A stretch of 64,000 nt of DNA from Candidatus Oxydemutatoraceae bacterium (GTDB lineage: Bacteria; Pseudomonadota; Gammaproteobacteria; Poriferisulfidales; Oxydemutatoraceae): positions 64,001 to 128,000 of the forward strand of contig OZ244717.1 of the NCBI GenBank assembly GCA_965218975.1, written 5' to 3'. The translations under genes and the position numbers were made by a program. Positions 10,917-21,248 of the stretch are shown here, piece after piece. The notes below the pieces were generated by a model. It made no database searches. It had not been told where the DNA came from and saw only the letters and a list, made by a program, of their open reading frames with translations. Within the stretch, counting starts at the first letter, position 1. Each line of letters opens with the position of its first letter.

Positions 10917-12253
10917 CCTTCCTTCTCAATCTGCTCCAGAGTGGAACGCAACATCCAACCAAACTCATGCTTACTCGGGCAAACATACGAACACAAAGCA
11001 AGGTCTTCTTCGTCTAATTCAAGACAACCTAATTTTTGTGCCATATCGGTATCCATCACCAACAATGATTTGAGTAATGGCGCCGGCAGTATTTCAAGCG
11101 GCATTACATACTCATATAGTCCAAGAGGAACAAATGCGCGCGGACTGCCGTTTTGCCGACAGTTGAAAATAAACTTGCTTTGCTTGCCCAACCAAGTTAC
11201 CGCTTTGCTCAACGAAAATGTATTACGCAAAGGTTTCAACCAGCCGAGAACCGAACTTTCACAATATTCTTCCAGCAACGTAATTTGCAAAGTCGAATAA
11301 CCCAGAAAATCCAAAGCTCCGGATGCGCGCCAGCCCTCCAATACCGAACCGGCAATGACTCGGCAGTTATCTAAAGCAATTACGCTACCACATAACTCGC
11401 TAATACTGGCACCAACATGAGTGCGTAACAAACGTGGCTGTTGCATTGTCGACCCGAGCGAAATTATCCGTTCAAACGACAGATTGCCTTGGGAAAATAA
11501 TTTGCCGATTGCAATCACGTCCTGATAGCCGATAGACCAAACTACTTTGTCCCCCACAATAGGATCAAGATAATGAATATGGGTGCCGACTAATCCCACG
11601 GGATGAGGACCGGCAAAACGCACTTGGCGAACCGTATCTTTTTGCGGCAGAGTTAATCGAGCTTGCTCGGATGTGCAAACAAATACTTGTCCGCTTGTCA
11701 TTTGTGACAAAACTTGGACACCGACGGCAAACAAACTCTCTGCTTGCCGGATAACCATTATCGGATCAATCGCCAAGGGGCGAGTATCCATCGCAGTCAC
11801 GAATATTGAATGAGGCCGCGTACCCGGATTAGGTACTTTACTGTAAGGCCGCGTTTTGAAACCAATCCATAGACCGGAATCAAGTAAATGCCGAACGATT
11901 TTATCGTCGCTGAGTTTAGTTATTTCATCATTGGTAAAGCTTTCATATTCAGGGGTCGGCGCCGGTTGTAGTTCAATCACCACCGAATGCAATAACCGCC
12001 GTTCACCGCGATTTATTTCCCGAACAATACCCGATACAGGCGCGGGATAACAAACATCGGAGTTACGCTTGTCGGTAAATAAAGTCTGTCCGACGGTTAC
12101 CCTATCACCAATTGCTACCGCCATACCGGGCTTAAGTCCATGAAATCCATAAGCAACACTTGCCGCTCGACTAACCGTATCAGCGTCTTCGATCTGCTGC
12201 ACGGTAGTCTTACCCAAAGGAATATCAAGCCCCTTATCAATTTTTATCAACAT
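10913..12253 (-). CDS. nqrA: Na+-NQR subunit A (true start ATG at 12253; the ORF-track extension is read-through from the IS)
   Basis: [51 protein letters not shown] end; 446 aa. Confidence 0.95.
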   Translation of the reverse strand: MLIKIDKGLDIPLGKTTVQQIEDADTVSRAASVAYGFHGLKPGMAVAIGDRVTVGQTLFTDKRNSDVCYPAPVSGIVREINRGERRLLHSVVIELQPAPTPEYESFTNDEITKLSDDKIVRHLLDSGLWIGFKTRPYSKVPNPGTRPHSIFVTAMDTRPLAIDPIMVIRQAESLFAVGVQVLSQMTSGQVFVCTSEQARLTLPQKDTVRQVRFAGPHPVGLVGTHIHYLDPIVGDKVVWSIGYQDVIAIGKLFSQGNLSFERIISLGSTMQQPRLLRTHVGASISELCGSVIALDNCRVIAGSVLEGWRASGALDFLGYSTLQITLLEEYCESSVLGWLKPLRNTFSLSKAVTWLGKQSKFIFNCRQNGSPRAFVPLGLYEYVMPLEILPAPLLKSLLVMDTDMAQKLGCLELDEEDLALCSYVCPSKHEFGWMLRSTLEQIEKEG

Positions 12254-12439
12254 GTAAAGTACGAACCCGTCTGCAGAATTATGAAGTGAGTTATTGATTT
12301 TACTACGAACCTTCTGACTTATGCAGTATCTGTACGATGCCACCCTAAATGGGATTTTTGAAGGGCGCTTCGGGGGAAGCGTTCGGCAGTAACATTCGGA
12401 TCGGTGCTTTCTGTCCGTTGCCGGCATGAGGACGGTGCA

Positions 12440-12537
12440 GGGTGAGACGCGCCCGGAAAACCGATCGGTTTTCAGCGGCGAACGACCCGACAAGGATGTC
12501 GGGGCTGGCGTTCATTGACAGAACCAAGTCTCGTCAT
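12440..12537. repeat. 98-bp structured repeat, 1 unit
   Basis: GGGTGAGACGCGCCCGGAAAACCGATCGGTTTTC...CCCGACAAGGATGTCGGG...GTCTCGTCAT. Confidence 0.95.
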
Positions 12538-12791
12538 GGACGACAGACACTTTGCTGAGCATTCGCCAACAAACACAAAACGGTTTCATAACCGGTCATT
12601 GAATGCTTCCGTATCGGCGAATAGCAGGTCTTCTGCATGATCGATACAATCTTCTTGGACGGTGCGGTTGAAGCGCTCGATGTGCGCGTTCATTTTTGGA
12701 CACTTGGGATAGGTCAGCCACTGCTCAATCGCGGGTGATTCCCGGATGAGCCGGGCAAACTGTCCTTGAAACTCACTACCACCGTCTGTCA

Positions 12792-12987
12792 GGGTGAGAT
12801 GCGCCCGGAAAACCGATCGGTTTTCAGCGGCGAACGACCCGACAAGGATGTCGGGGCTGGCGCTCATTGACAGAACCAAGTCTCGTCATGGGTGAGACGC
12901 GCCCGGAAAACCGATTGGTTTTCAGCGGCGAACGACCCGACAAGGACGTCGGGGCTGGCGTTCATTGACAGAACCAAGTCTCGTCAT
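12792..12987. repeat. 98-bp structured repeat, 2 tandem units
   Basis: Units start at 12792 and 12890 (period 98). Confidence 0.95.
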
Positions 12988-13382
12988 GGACGACAGGCAC
13001 TTTGCTGAGCATTCACCAGCAAACACAAAATAGTTTCATCAGCTCAAAGACTTTACTGCTGCCGAAATTCTGCCAGGCGCAGGAATGCGGCTGCGTTGCG
13101 GCTGTTACAGCGGTTGGTTGCCACTGCTATTGCCATTCGGGTATAGACATCGATGGTCGTTAAGACGTAGCGGCGCACTCCGTGCTGATAACGCACAATC
13201 GTATCCAGGGCGATGCAATGCCCCGCCGGATACTGTGCTTTGAAGTGTTTCGGCTTGCGTGCCCTGCAACGGCGCTTAAACGGTCGTTTTGTTTATCCTT
13301 TGGCATTCAGCCGCTGCGGAATACAGCGCATTTTATCCGGCGCATCTGCGATCAGGCGCGCAATCGTGCGGACACTCAGGCA

Positions 13383-13480
13383 GGGTGAGACGCGCCCGGA
13401 AAACCAATTGGTTTTCAGCGGTGAACGACCCGACAAGGACGTCGGGGCTGGGGCTTGTTGACAGAACCCAGTCGCGTCAT
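13383..13480. repeat. 98-bp structured repeat, 1 unit (AATT variant)
   Basis: Palindrome GAAAACCAATTGGTTTTC. Confidence 0.95.
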
Positions 13481-13579
13481 AGATGACAGGCACTTTGCCG
13501 ACAATCCGGCAACAAACACAAAACGGTTTCATCAGCTCAAAGATTTTACTGCTGCCGAGATTCGGATAAGCCTGGCGCA

Positions 13580-13775
13580 GGGTGAGACGCGCCCGGAAAA
13601 CCGATCGGTTTTCAGCGGCGAACGACTCGACAAGGACGTCAGGGCTGGCGCTCATTGACAGAACCAAGTCTCGTCATGGGTGAGACGCGCCCGGAAAACC
13701 AATTGGTTTTCAGCGGCGAACGATCCGACAAGGATGTCGGGGCTGGCGCTCATTGACAGAACCAAGTCTCGTCAT
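13580..13775. repeat. 98-bp structured repeat, 2 tandem units
   Basis: Units start at 13580 and 13678. Confidence 0.95.
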
Positions 13776-14324
13776 GGACGACAGGCACTGCGCTGACAAT
13801 CCGCTGGCGCCTCTTACGCGGCGCTTTGCCGCGATCATGCAAGGCGCTGAGACCAGTGCGGCGATAACGCCGGCGCCAACGGTACAAAGTACTGCGACCG
13901 ATCTTGAATGCGTTCGGGAGTTACAACCCTCCCAAAATAATAGGGCATCATATTTCTGTTGAAGATTAGAGCGCTCATGAGCCTCTATTTTTGAAGCAAA
14001 ATTGGCTGTACGATGCCATCATAAATGGGATTTTTGAAGGGCTTCGAAGGAAGCGTTCGGCAGTAACATTCGGATCGGTGCTTTCTGCCCGTTGCCGGCT
14101 GAGTCAGGAACAACGACAACTACTTAGAGAGTATGCCGAGGAGCACGGCCTGCAATGCCCTGGTCGGCAGAGCGATCAGGGCAAATAATACGGATTGAGC
14201 GATTTATCCCTGGGTCACAGCGATACGGCAGAATAACGGCAGAGATAGTCATTAGCGGAGGCGACTACCCGCTTTCCAAAACTCGGAAAATCACCCCGGC
14301 GGATCCGCGCATGCTGAAGTTCAG

Positions 14325-15197
14325 TCAATCAAGTCTCGGCTGATCAAACTGAGTATGCGTTTTTTTATCTAAAAGATAAGGATGTGCTGAGCGCAAGGAT
14401 GAGGGGAGAAAGGCTCTTATGGCATAAGCAACCGGACGCGCCAACACATGGAGTAACGACGGTTGTCTTGCAAAGCTGGTAGTATAAACAGGACGCACCC
14501 ATGGTGTTCTTACGGCAAATAGATTGGGCGTGCTGCTATATAGTATCTCCGTATCTATCGTTCGTTGAACATCATACGGAACCAGCTCGGAACAGAAACG
14601 GCGCGCGCATGCCGGAGTGATGACGTACCCGAGCGCCGTATAGTTCAACTTGTTGGGTTCCCACTTCTGCAATACTTTTACGTACTGGTCTGAATATTTT
14701 TCGTACTGGCCAATTCCTCCGGGCCATAGATGTAGAAAATCCGCTGATTCCGGCCATCCAATTCCGTCAAATGGAATCGCAGGATTTATGATAGCGTCAT
14801 CTTCGACAATCATACAAAGATCATCAGCCGGCATTTTACGGCAGAGGTTCCAGATTTCTATTTGGGAAAATGCAGCTGCAATACTTCCTATTCTTCGCAC
14901 CGCAGCGTCCTTTTTTTTCCGCGTGAGCATCGGATCATACTTTTGAGCAAAGTCTTGTGCATATTTTTCCCAACCCAGCCGTAGTTTCAATTTAACCCAC
15001 CACCTGCGGTCATCTTTAATCAGGTGTTGATATTTTGATTCCTCCAGAACCAAATGGTTTTTATTAACCCCGTTATACGAAATAGGCGGCGGTTTGGTTT
15101 GCCAGTTCTGAAATTGCTGTTCAAAGAGCTTGCGCCGTTTCTTTCCGAGCACGGGCGGATTGATCACAAAAATCCGAGTGATGAGACGTTTTTGCAC
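14325..15197 (-). CDS. glycosyltransferase family 25-like protein
   Basis: IFVIN...RR..F..Q start, IVEDDA motif, GYVIT...ARR. Confidence 0.7.
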   Translation of the reverse strand: MQKRLITRIFVINPPVLGKKRRKLFEQQFQNWQTKPPPISYNGVNKNHLVLEESKYQHLIKDDRRWWVKLKLRLGWEKYAQDFAQKYDPMLTRKKKDAAVRRIGSIAAAFSQIEIWNLCRKMPADDLCMIVEDDAIINPAIPFDGIGWPESADFLHLWPGGIGQYEKYSDQYVKVLQKWEPNKLNYTALGYVITPACARRFCSELVPYDVQRTIDTEILYSSTPNLFAVRTPWVRPVYTTSFARQPSLLHVLARPVAYAIRAFLPSSLRSAHPYLLDKKTHTQFDQPRLD

Positions 15198-15380
15198 AAC
15201 TTTGTTCTTATCGGTTATGGTAGAGAGCAGTCATTATAACAAAAATACTGCACGATACACCCAGTGTATAGGTCCATAACATTTGCATAAGCTCAGAAAC
15301 ATTTGGCACTATACAGTATCTGCCGGTAAAATATCTTATACAAAATATTGACCAGCTCATTGATACGACTAACAAACGGA

Positions 15381-16685
15381 ATGGAAAACAACAAGCTGTC
15401 AGACCACTCATCCGCATCACTTTTCTCACGCGCCTGCAAATTGATCCCCGGCGGTGTAAACTCACCGGTACGCGCCTTCAAAGGTATGGGACGACACCCA
15501 ATTTTCTTTACCCGCGGTAAAGGGTCGAAACTCTACGACGAAGATAAAAATACCTATTTGGACTACGTCTGCTCTTGGGGATCTTTGATCGTAGGACATG
15601 CTCACCCGCATATCGTCAATGCCGTTATACAAACAACGCAAAACGGCTTGAGTTTCGGCGCGCCGACCAAACTTGAAATTAGAATGGCGGAAAAGCTGTC
15701 CGCTTTAATGCCATCACTGGAAATGGTACGCATGGTCAACTCCGGAACCGAAGCAACCATGAGCGCGATACGACTTGCCCGTGGTTATACTCGCCGCGAA
15801 AAAATCATTAAATTTGCCGGATGTTACCACGGCCATTCCGACAGTTTACTTGTTGAGGCCGGTTCCGGTGTTTTAACTCTAAGTATTCCTGGTTCGCCCG
15901 GCATCACTGCAGCGGCCGCATCCGATACGATTGTTTTGGATTACAACGACTCCAAGCAGCTGGAATCAGCTTTTGAACGATACGCTGATAAAATCGCCGG
16001 AGTGATTATTGAGCCTATCTCCGGCAACATGAACTTTATTCCCGCAGATAAGAAATTTTTGCAGAATCTGCGCCGCTTATGCGATCAATTCGACAGCGTG
16101 CTTATTTATGATGAGGTGATGACCGGCTTTCGAGTGGCGCTTGGCGGCGCTCAAGCGTTATATGGTATCCAACCCAACTTAACGACGCTCGGGAAAGTAA
16201 TTGGTGGTGGGATGCCGGTCGGTGCATTCGGCGGACGTCGCGATATTATGCAAACACTGGCGCCATCAGGCAATGTTTATCAAGCGGGAACTTTATCAGG
16301 CAACCCTGTGGTGATGGCAGCAGGTCTCGCAACTTTGGAATTGGTCGAGACCGATAACTTTTTTGAATCTTTAACTCAAAAAACCAAGACCCTTGTCAAG
16401 GGGTTGACAGAAATTGCTGCTAGTCACAATATCCCGTTCCATAGCGATCACTGCGGCGGAATGTTTGGCTTTTCTTTCATTGATACACCGGCACGTAATT
16501 TCACACAAGCAACGAAAACAAATCCGAAGCGCTTCAAACAATTTCATAATGAAATGTTGCGGCAGCATATCTATCTCGCACCATCGGCATTTGAAGCAAG
16601 CTTTGTTTCAAGCGTACATTCCGATCGGGATATTGCCGAAACTTTGGATGCGGCAAATAAGTCAATGCGCGCATTAAAACAGTAA
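15381..16685 (+). CDS. hemL: glutamate-1-semialdehyde 2,1-aminomutase
   Basis: IPGGVNSPVRAF, NSGTEATMSAIRLARG, DEVMTGFR, GKVIGGG.PVGA. Confidence 0.97.
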   Translation: MENNKLSDHSSASLFSRACKLIPGGVNSPVRAFKGMGRHPIFFTRGKGSKLYDEDKNTYLDYVCSWGSLIVGHAHPHIVNAVIQTTQNGLSFGAPTKLEIRMAEKLSALMPSLEMVRMVNSGTEATMSAIRLARGYTRREKIIKFAGCYHGHSDSLLVEAGSGVLTLSIPGSPGITAAAASDTIVLDYNDSKQLESAFERYADKIAGVIIEPISGNMNFIPADKKFLQNLRRLCDQFDSVLIYDEVMTGFRVALGGAQALYGIQPNLTTLGKVIGGGMPVGAFGGRRDIMQTLAPSGNVYQAGTLSGNPVVMAAGLATLELVETDNFFESLTQKTKTLVKGLTEIAASHNIPFHSDHCGGMFGFSFIDTPARNFTQATKTNPKRFKQFHNEMLRQHIYLAPSAFEASFVSSVHSDRDIAETLDAANKSMRALKQ

Positions 16686-16688
16686 GCC

Positions 16689-18491
16689 TCACAACTGGGC
16701 AGAAAAAAGTCTGGTGTAAAGTCCTTGCATTTCGATCAACTGATCATGGTCGCCATGCTCAACAATTTTTCCGTCCTCAAAAACATACACTTGATCCGCC
16801 TGCCGCACCGCGCTCAATCGATGCGCAATAATTAGCATTGTTTTATCATTTAAAACTTCAAATAATGCTCGGTACAAGTCGCACTCTGTCTTAGAATCAA
16901 CAGCGGAAGTCGCTTCATCAAAAATGACCACTCTCGGTTGCATCAATAGCATCCTGGCAATTGCTAAACGCTGACGTTGCCCACCCGACAACTTTAGCCC
17001 TTGCAGCCCGACGACCGTATCAAGTGTTCTGGGCTTTTCCCGAACGAACAAAGCAATTTGCGCAAGCTCTAAAACATCCCACAGCTGGTCATCCGAAGCA
17101 TCGCGCCCTAAAGTCAAGTTTTCACGGATCGTATCATTAAACAACATCGGATGCTGTAGGACGCATCCGACATTTTCGCGCACAGCTTTCAAACCAATCC
17201 GATTGATCAGGACACCTCCGTAAAAAATATTCCCGCTGACTGCTTGATATAAGCCTAGCAATGCGTGTACTAAAGTTGTCTTTCCTCCACCGCTAGCACC
17301 GACAATGGCAATTTTCTCACCAGGAGCAATCGATAAATTTACATCTCTTAGCACTTTGTTTTCCGCGTACGCTAAATTAAGGTTACGTACTTCAACCGAA
17401 ACGGTTTCTCGCTCGCTAAACGGATTTTCTATAGCGGTATAGCTTGGTTCGAGAACAAATTTTAGAATGCGATTTACTCGATCAACCGCAGCTTTCGCCC
17501 CAAACCAAGCATACTGCATATTCAATATTTCCTGGATCGGACCCAACATAAACCACAGATAGCCAAATACCGCGATCATCTCACCGATACTGAGGTCGGA
17601 AAACAATACCATCAACATCCCAATTGCGCGAAAAATATCAAATCCGACCAAAAAAATTAGAAATGAAAAACGATTCGCCATATCGCTTTTCCAAGCAAAT
17701 TTGGTAGCCTTATTTCTTATATCGCGAGCAAAATCAACCAATCTACCAATGTAATGCCTTTCACGATTACTTACCCTGATTTGATGAATAACCGAGAAAG
17801 TCTCGACAACTGCCTGTTGAAAAACCTCAATAGCCTTATTTTCCATACCTTTCAGCTCCTTTACCTGCTTACCGACCATCATCGTAAAATAAATCACGAC
17901 TGGATTAAGCAGAAGAAGAAACAGCGCCAATTGCCAATGTAGAAACATAAGAATGAACGCCGTTGCAATAATCGTCATTATGGAAATTAAGAATCTGCTG
18001 ATAGTCGCGCTAAAAAATTGGTCAAGTGTTTCAAGATCGGTTACCAAATACGAACTGATTGTGCCGCCTCCTTCACTTTCATATTCCGTAATGGAAGTTT
18101 TGCTTAAATACCACAACAATCTCCGGCGAAGATGGAAAATAATGTTTTTTGAAACCCGATAAAAAATCCATGACTGCCAAACGGTAAGCAACCATGAAAT
18201 TAACCTCAAAGCAATTGTGACCAATAACACTACAGCAATATAAAATTCCGGTTCATAAAAATATTCGGGAAATATAAATCGGATAGTAGCGGTCAATCGT
18301 CCCGGTATATCAAGTAAAACTTCATCAACCATCAGTGGCATCAGCAATGGCAACGGCGCACTTGCCAAAGTCGCAAAAACTGCGACAATATTGGCAATAA
18401 TCAGTTCCTGACGACGCTGAGTCGCCAAAGCAAATAAGCCTTTCAAACTGTAAGAAGGAGATCTTCCGCCATTAAAGTCGGAAGACTGCAT
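16689..18491 (-). CDS. ABC exporter, fused permease/ATPase (MsbA-like)
   Basis: N-terminal TM domain, GASGGGKT, LSGGQRQR, DEATSA, IAHRLS. Confidence 0.9.
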   Translation of the reverse strand: MQSSDFNGGRSPSYSLKGLFALATQRRQELIIANIVAVFATLASAPLPLLMPLMVDEVLLDIPGRLTATIRFIFPEYFYEPEFYIAVVLLVTIALRLISWLLTVWQSWIFYRVSKNIIFHLRRRLLWYLSKTSITEYESEGGGTISSYLVTDLETLDQFFSATISRFLISIMTIIATAFILMFLHWQLALFLLLLNPVVIYFTMMVGKQVKELKGMENKAIEVFQQAVVETFSVIHQIRVSNRERHYIGRLVDFARDIRNKATKFAWKSDMANRFSFLIFLVGFDIFRAIGMLMVLFSDLSIGEMIAVFGYLWFMLGPIQEILNMQYAWFGAKAAVDRVNRILKFVLEPSYTAIENPFSERETVSVEVRNLNLAYAENKVLRDVNLSIAPGEKIAIVGASGGGKTTLVHALLGLYQAVSGNIFYGGVLINRIGLKAVRENVGCVLQHPMLFNDTIRENLTLGRDASDDQLWDVLELAQIALFVREKPRTLDTVVGLQGLKLSGGQRQRLAIARMLLMQPRVVIFDEATSAVDSKTECDLYRALFEVLNDKTMLIIAHRLSAVRQADQVYVFEDGKIVEHGDHDQLIEMQGLYTRLFSAQL

Positions 18492-18505
18492 CGTTGTGCT
18501 ATCGC

Positions 18506-19306
18506 CTAGCACCGAGATATTCCGCGTTGCGCATATACTCGCTGCTGCCGTATAGCTTGTTGAAACATTTGATAATTTTTGCTTGGGAGTTCTATCTTAT
18601 CATCTCCCAAATGAAGCACTGTAACCGCATAATTTCCATCCTTACGACGAACACCACGGTTCAACATCCGCACAACTAAATCCGAATCTTCATATCCCCG
18701 TCCTTCAAATCGCTCGTCAAATCCTCCTACTGCATAAAAATCCTTCCGATAAAAAGCCAAGTTAAAGCCAGTTGCGCCCTGCCACTTCTTATACTTCAAC
18801 TTCCTAAAAAATCCTCCGGGTAAATGTAATAAAGGTAGTATGCGCTGTACCTTCCCCGCCATCCTCAAACGTATCCACTGAGCAATACTGTAATTAAAAA
18901 TTGGCAAGCGCTCTAACTTCACCGTTGCAGTAAACGAATCCGTCAGCTTGATTCGTGAACCTCGGACAAACCAGCCAGGTTGCGCCAAACGCCGATGACG
19001 AAAAACAAAGCCGGGCAGTGACACACAATCTCCATCCAAGAATATAAAATACTCGCCGCGTGCTTGCATCGCGCCTAAATTTTTTACCGCTGCTAAGCGA
19101 TATCCTCTATCCTCCTGCCGTATATGTACTAGGCGATAAGGAAATGTTCTTTTATAATGGGCAATCAAGTCTTCAGTTTTTTGAGTAGAACCGTCATCCG
19201 CGACAATCACTTCAAATTTTTTATCGGTCTGACAAATAAAACTATCCAAAATGATTGTCAGGCACTCCGGCTGATTATATGTTGCCACGATAATGGAAAT
19301 TAGCAT
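18506..19306 (-). CDS. glycosyltransferase family 2
   Basis: SIIVATYN, VADDGS, FLDGDC, GGFDE.F.G.G.EDSD. Confidence 0.9.
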   Translation of the reverse strand: MLISIIVATYNQPECLTIILDSFICQTDKKFEVIVADDGSTQKTEDLIAHYKRTFPYRLVHIRQEDRGYRLAAVKNLGAMQARGEYFIFLDGDCVSLPGFVFRHRRLAQPGWFVRGSRIKLTDSFTATVKLERLPIFNYSIAQWIRLRMAGKVQRILPLLHLPGGFFRKLKYKKWQGATGFNLAFYRKDFYAVGGFDERFEGRGYEDSDLVVRMLNRGVRRKDGNYAVTVLHLGDDKIELPSKNYQMFQQAIRQQRVYAQRGISRC

Positions 19307-19429
19307 GGTAGAATACTCAATGCAAACCTTGCTTTATACAAGAAATTATAGAAAATACAATTTTTTGATTCGCGCAAGTGTAAACTTATAAATCATTATA
19401 TATAGTAAAAAACCCCTCTACTTTTTCCA

Positions 19430-20284
19430 ATGAATATCGGAATTATCGGCTACGGTATCGTAGGGAGATCTATTGCGGCAGGCTTTCAGAGCCGGTGCTC
19501 TCTTTATATTTATGACAGCAGCCCAAAAAGCTATGCGGATGACACGGCAAAAGAAAAAATAGTGTTGTGTCAGGATGTGAGCGCTGTTATTAAAAATGCT
19601 GAATTTATTTTTGTCTGCGTTCCCACACCCAGAAAAAAAAATACCAATCACTCGTTTGATGGCACACATTTAGATGCCACATTGCGTGCCATTGCGCAAA
19701 GCAAGTTAACAAACAAAAAACATATTCTGATCATAAAAAGCACTGTCGTGCCATCGAAAATCAGGGAATATGTTACCGAGTATCCTCAGTTAAATCTCGT
19801 AATCTGCCCGGAGTTCCTTATTGAAAAGAATTTTATTGAATGTTTTCTTAAGCCTAATTATCGTATATATGGCGGAGAAAATGAACAAACTCGCAAAGTG
19901 CACCAATTATTTGAGAAACATAGTATTTGCCAGCCGTGCAAAATTGCTTACACTGATTATTATAGCGCCTCTATCATAAAGTATATGATTAATTCCTTTC
20001 TCGCAATGAAGGTCAGTTATATGAATCAATTCTATGACATAGCAAAATTAAGCGGCGTCCAAATGCGGTGGGAGCAACTGGAGGAAATTTTCCATTATGA
20101 CACACGGGTAGGAAACAGCCACTCCAACGTACCGGGACACGACGGGCAAAGAGGATGGGGCGGGAAATGTTTCCCCAAAGACGTATCCGCAATCATTGAC
20201 GAAGCAAAAATGCATGGCTATACTTTAGACATATTGCAAGCGGTCTGGGATTACAATTATTCACTACGCAATGACATTGATTGA
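19430..20284 (+). CDS. short UDP-glucose/GDP-mannose dehydrogenase family protein
   Basis: GIIGYGIVG, CVPTP, IKSTV.P, PEFL, KY..NSFLA, GGKCFPKD. Ends before the usual C-terminal domain. Confidence 0.85.
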   Translation: MNIGIIGYGIVGRSIAAGFQSRCSLYIYDSSPKSYADDTAKEKIVLCQDVSAVIKNAEFIFVCVPTPRKKNTNHSFDGTHLDATLRAIAQSKLTNKKHILIIKSTVVPSKIREYVTEYPQLNLVICPEFLIEKNFIECFLKPNYRIYGGENEQTRKVHQLFEKHSICQPCKIAYTDYYSASIIKYMINSFLAMKVSYMNQFYDIAKLSGVQMRWEQLEEIFHYDTRVGNSHSNVPGHDGQRGWGGKCFPKDVSAIIDEAKMHGYTLDILQAVWDYNYSLRNDID

Positions 20285-20391
20285 TCGTACGCGGTCAACC
20301 TCATGAGCAAAATATAGCCAGTCTATTAGTAGCTTTTCTATCACTATGTGTCGCCAAAGGTAAAACCTACAGCGACTATCAAGGGAGGTTT

Positions 20392-20446
20392 TATACAGCC
20401 CTGAAAACATTTAAAACTCGAGTTCTTTCTCACTTCGGACTATACA
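20392..20446. mobile_element. possible ultra-short IS481-like end pair
   Basis: TATACAGCCCTGAA...TTCGGACTATACA imperfect inverted repeat resembling the TGTATAGT ends seen elsewhere. Confidence 0.35.
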
Positions 20447-20588
20447 GTGACAACCCCAGGTATTCGGGCAAAGCGGCGGGGCTGCAACGCTCGGACAACT
20501 AGGCATTTGGGCATTTCCCCCTCCCACCGAGCCATCCGTTTATTATGCGATGTTGTTTAACGATGTTAGGGTATAGTAGCTTTATTCC

Positions 20589-21248
20589 TTATTTGCACTG
20601 CCAATACCTCTTCACGTTTTTAAAGTGATTTATTCGTTCATTGATCTTGAAACTTTCCTTCGGGTAAAAATCCAAAAGGTTATCGCACATTTCAATCATC
20701 CAATTTTTACGCTTATTCTTGAGCATGAGAGTCACAGTACTCGCGTTGGCTATCTGAATTTGTCCCCACCCTAATGCTCCAAGCGTCAGGCAACCCCAGG
20801 AAATAAACTCTATCGGAACAAAAGTGACCCTATCAATTATTCATCTCGTATTTTCTACCTTATAGTTTACTTTCAAGACGCAGAAATGATTTTTGTCATC
20901 CTCATAAAATCGCGATAGTCGCTCAACCGAAGTTAGATTCGGCATATTAAACTTTGTATCAAGCCGATGAGTTTTGACATCAACGACATAGTAAAAATTG
21001 TCCTTATCGGTGAAAGCGAGGTCGGCCATTGCCCGGCGCGCAAATTGGGAAGAATATTCTTTCGGCAGAGCACCTAAAATCGTCCCGAAGTTTTCGGCAA
21101 GGATGTTTTCTATTGCGCCGCCGACGGCACGAGGACTATTGATTGTTCTGGGAAAAAGAAAATCAGTTTGCTCGCTGAGGAAATCCCTGATTTTCTTTTC
21201 GAGTTCTCTGTAAGTGTCCGTATAGAAAATTTTGCTTTTTGGCATCAT
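20589..21248 (-). pseudogene. probable type II restriction endonuclease with one in-frame TGA at 20841-20843
   Basis: PD-(D/E)XK-like MADLAF...VDVKT. The frame continues 83 codons past the TGA (IIDRVTFVPIEF...GALGWGQIQIAN...YWQCK*). Overlaps the MTase stop. Confidence 0.7.

Larger units (their letters stand above)
12331..15315 (-). mobile_element. IS481-family element copy A (defective, repeat-interrupted, with GT25 cargo)
   Basis: Right end TGTACGATGCCA at 12331. Transposase fragments with six 98-bp repeats run to about 14006, followed by a nested second right end (14007-14099). Left-end tip TGGCACTATACA at 15304-15315. GTATC flanks both sides. Confidence 0.8.

Noticed and set aside
12254-12493. 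N-terminal extension of NqrA in the ORF track
   Set aside because: This is chance read-through from the IS repeat. The canonical start at 12253 gives a normal-length protein.
12440-13775. CRISPR array interpretation of the repeat/spacer pattern
   Set aside because: The unit is 98 bp, the intervening pieces range from zero to several hundred bp and are colinear parts of one transposase, and there are no cas genes in the window.
12586-13962. Many short ORFs (MVLSMSASPD..., MTEPSLVMDD..., MQCPGYC...) as novel genes
   Set aside because: They are alternative frames of the repeat and transposase fragments and recur only because the element recurs.
20841-20843. Selenocysteine read-through of the REase TGA, given selD nearby
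   Set aside because: selD is the Cys form paired with mnmH (selenouridine trait), selAB are not in the window, and the position is not an evident redox Cys site.
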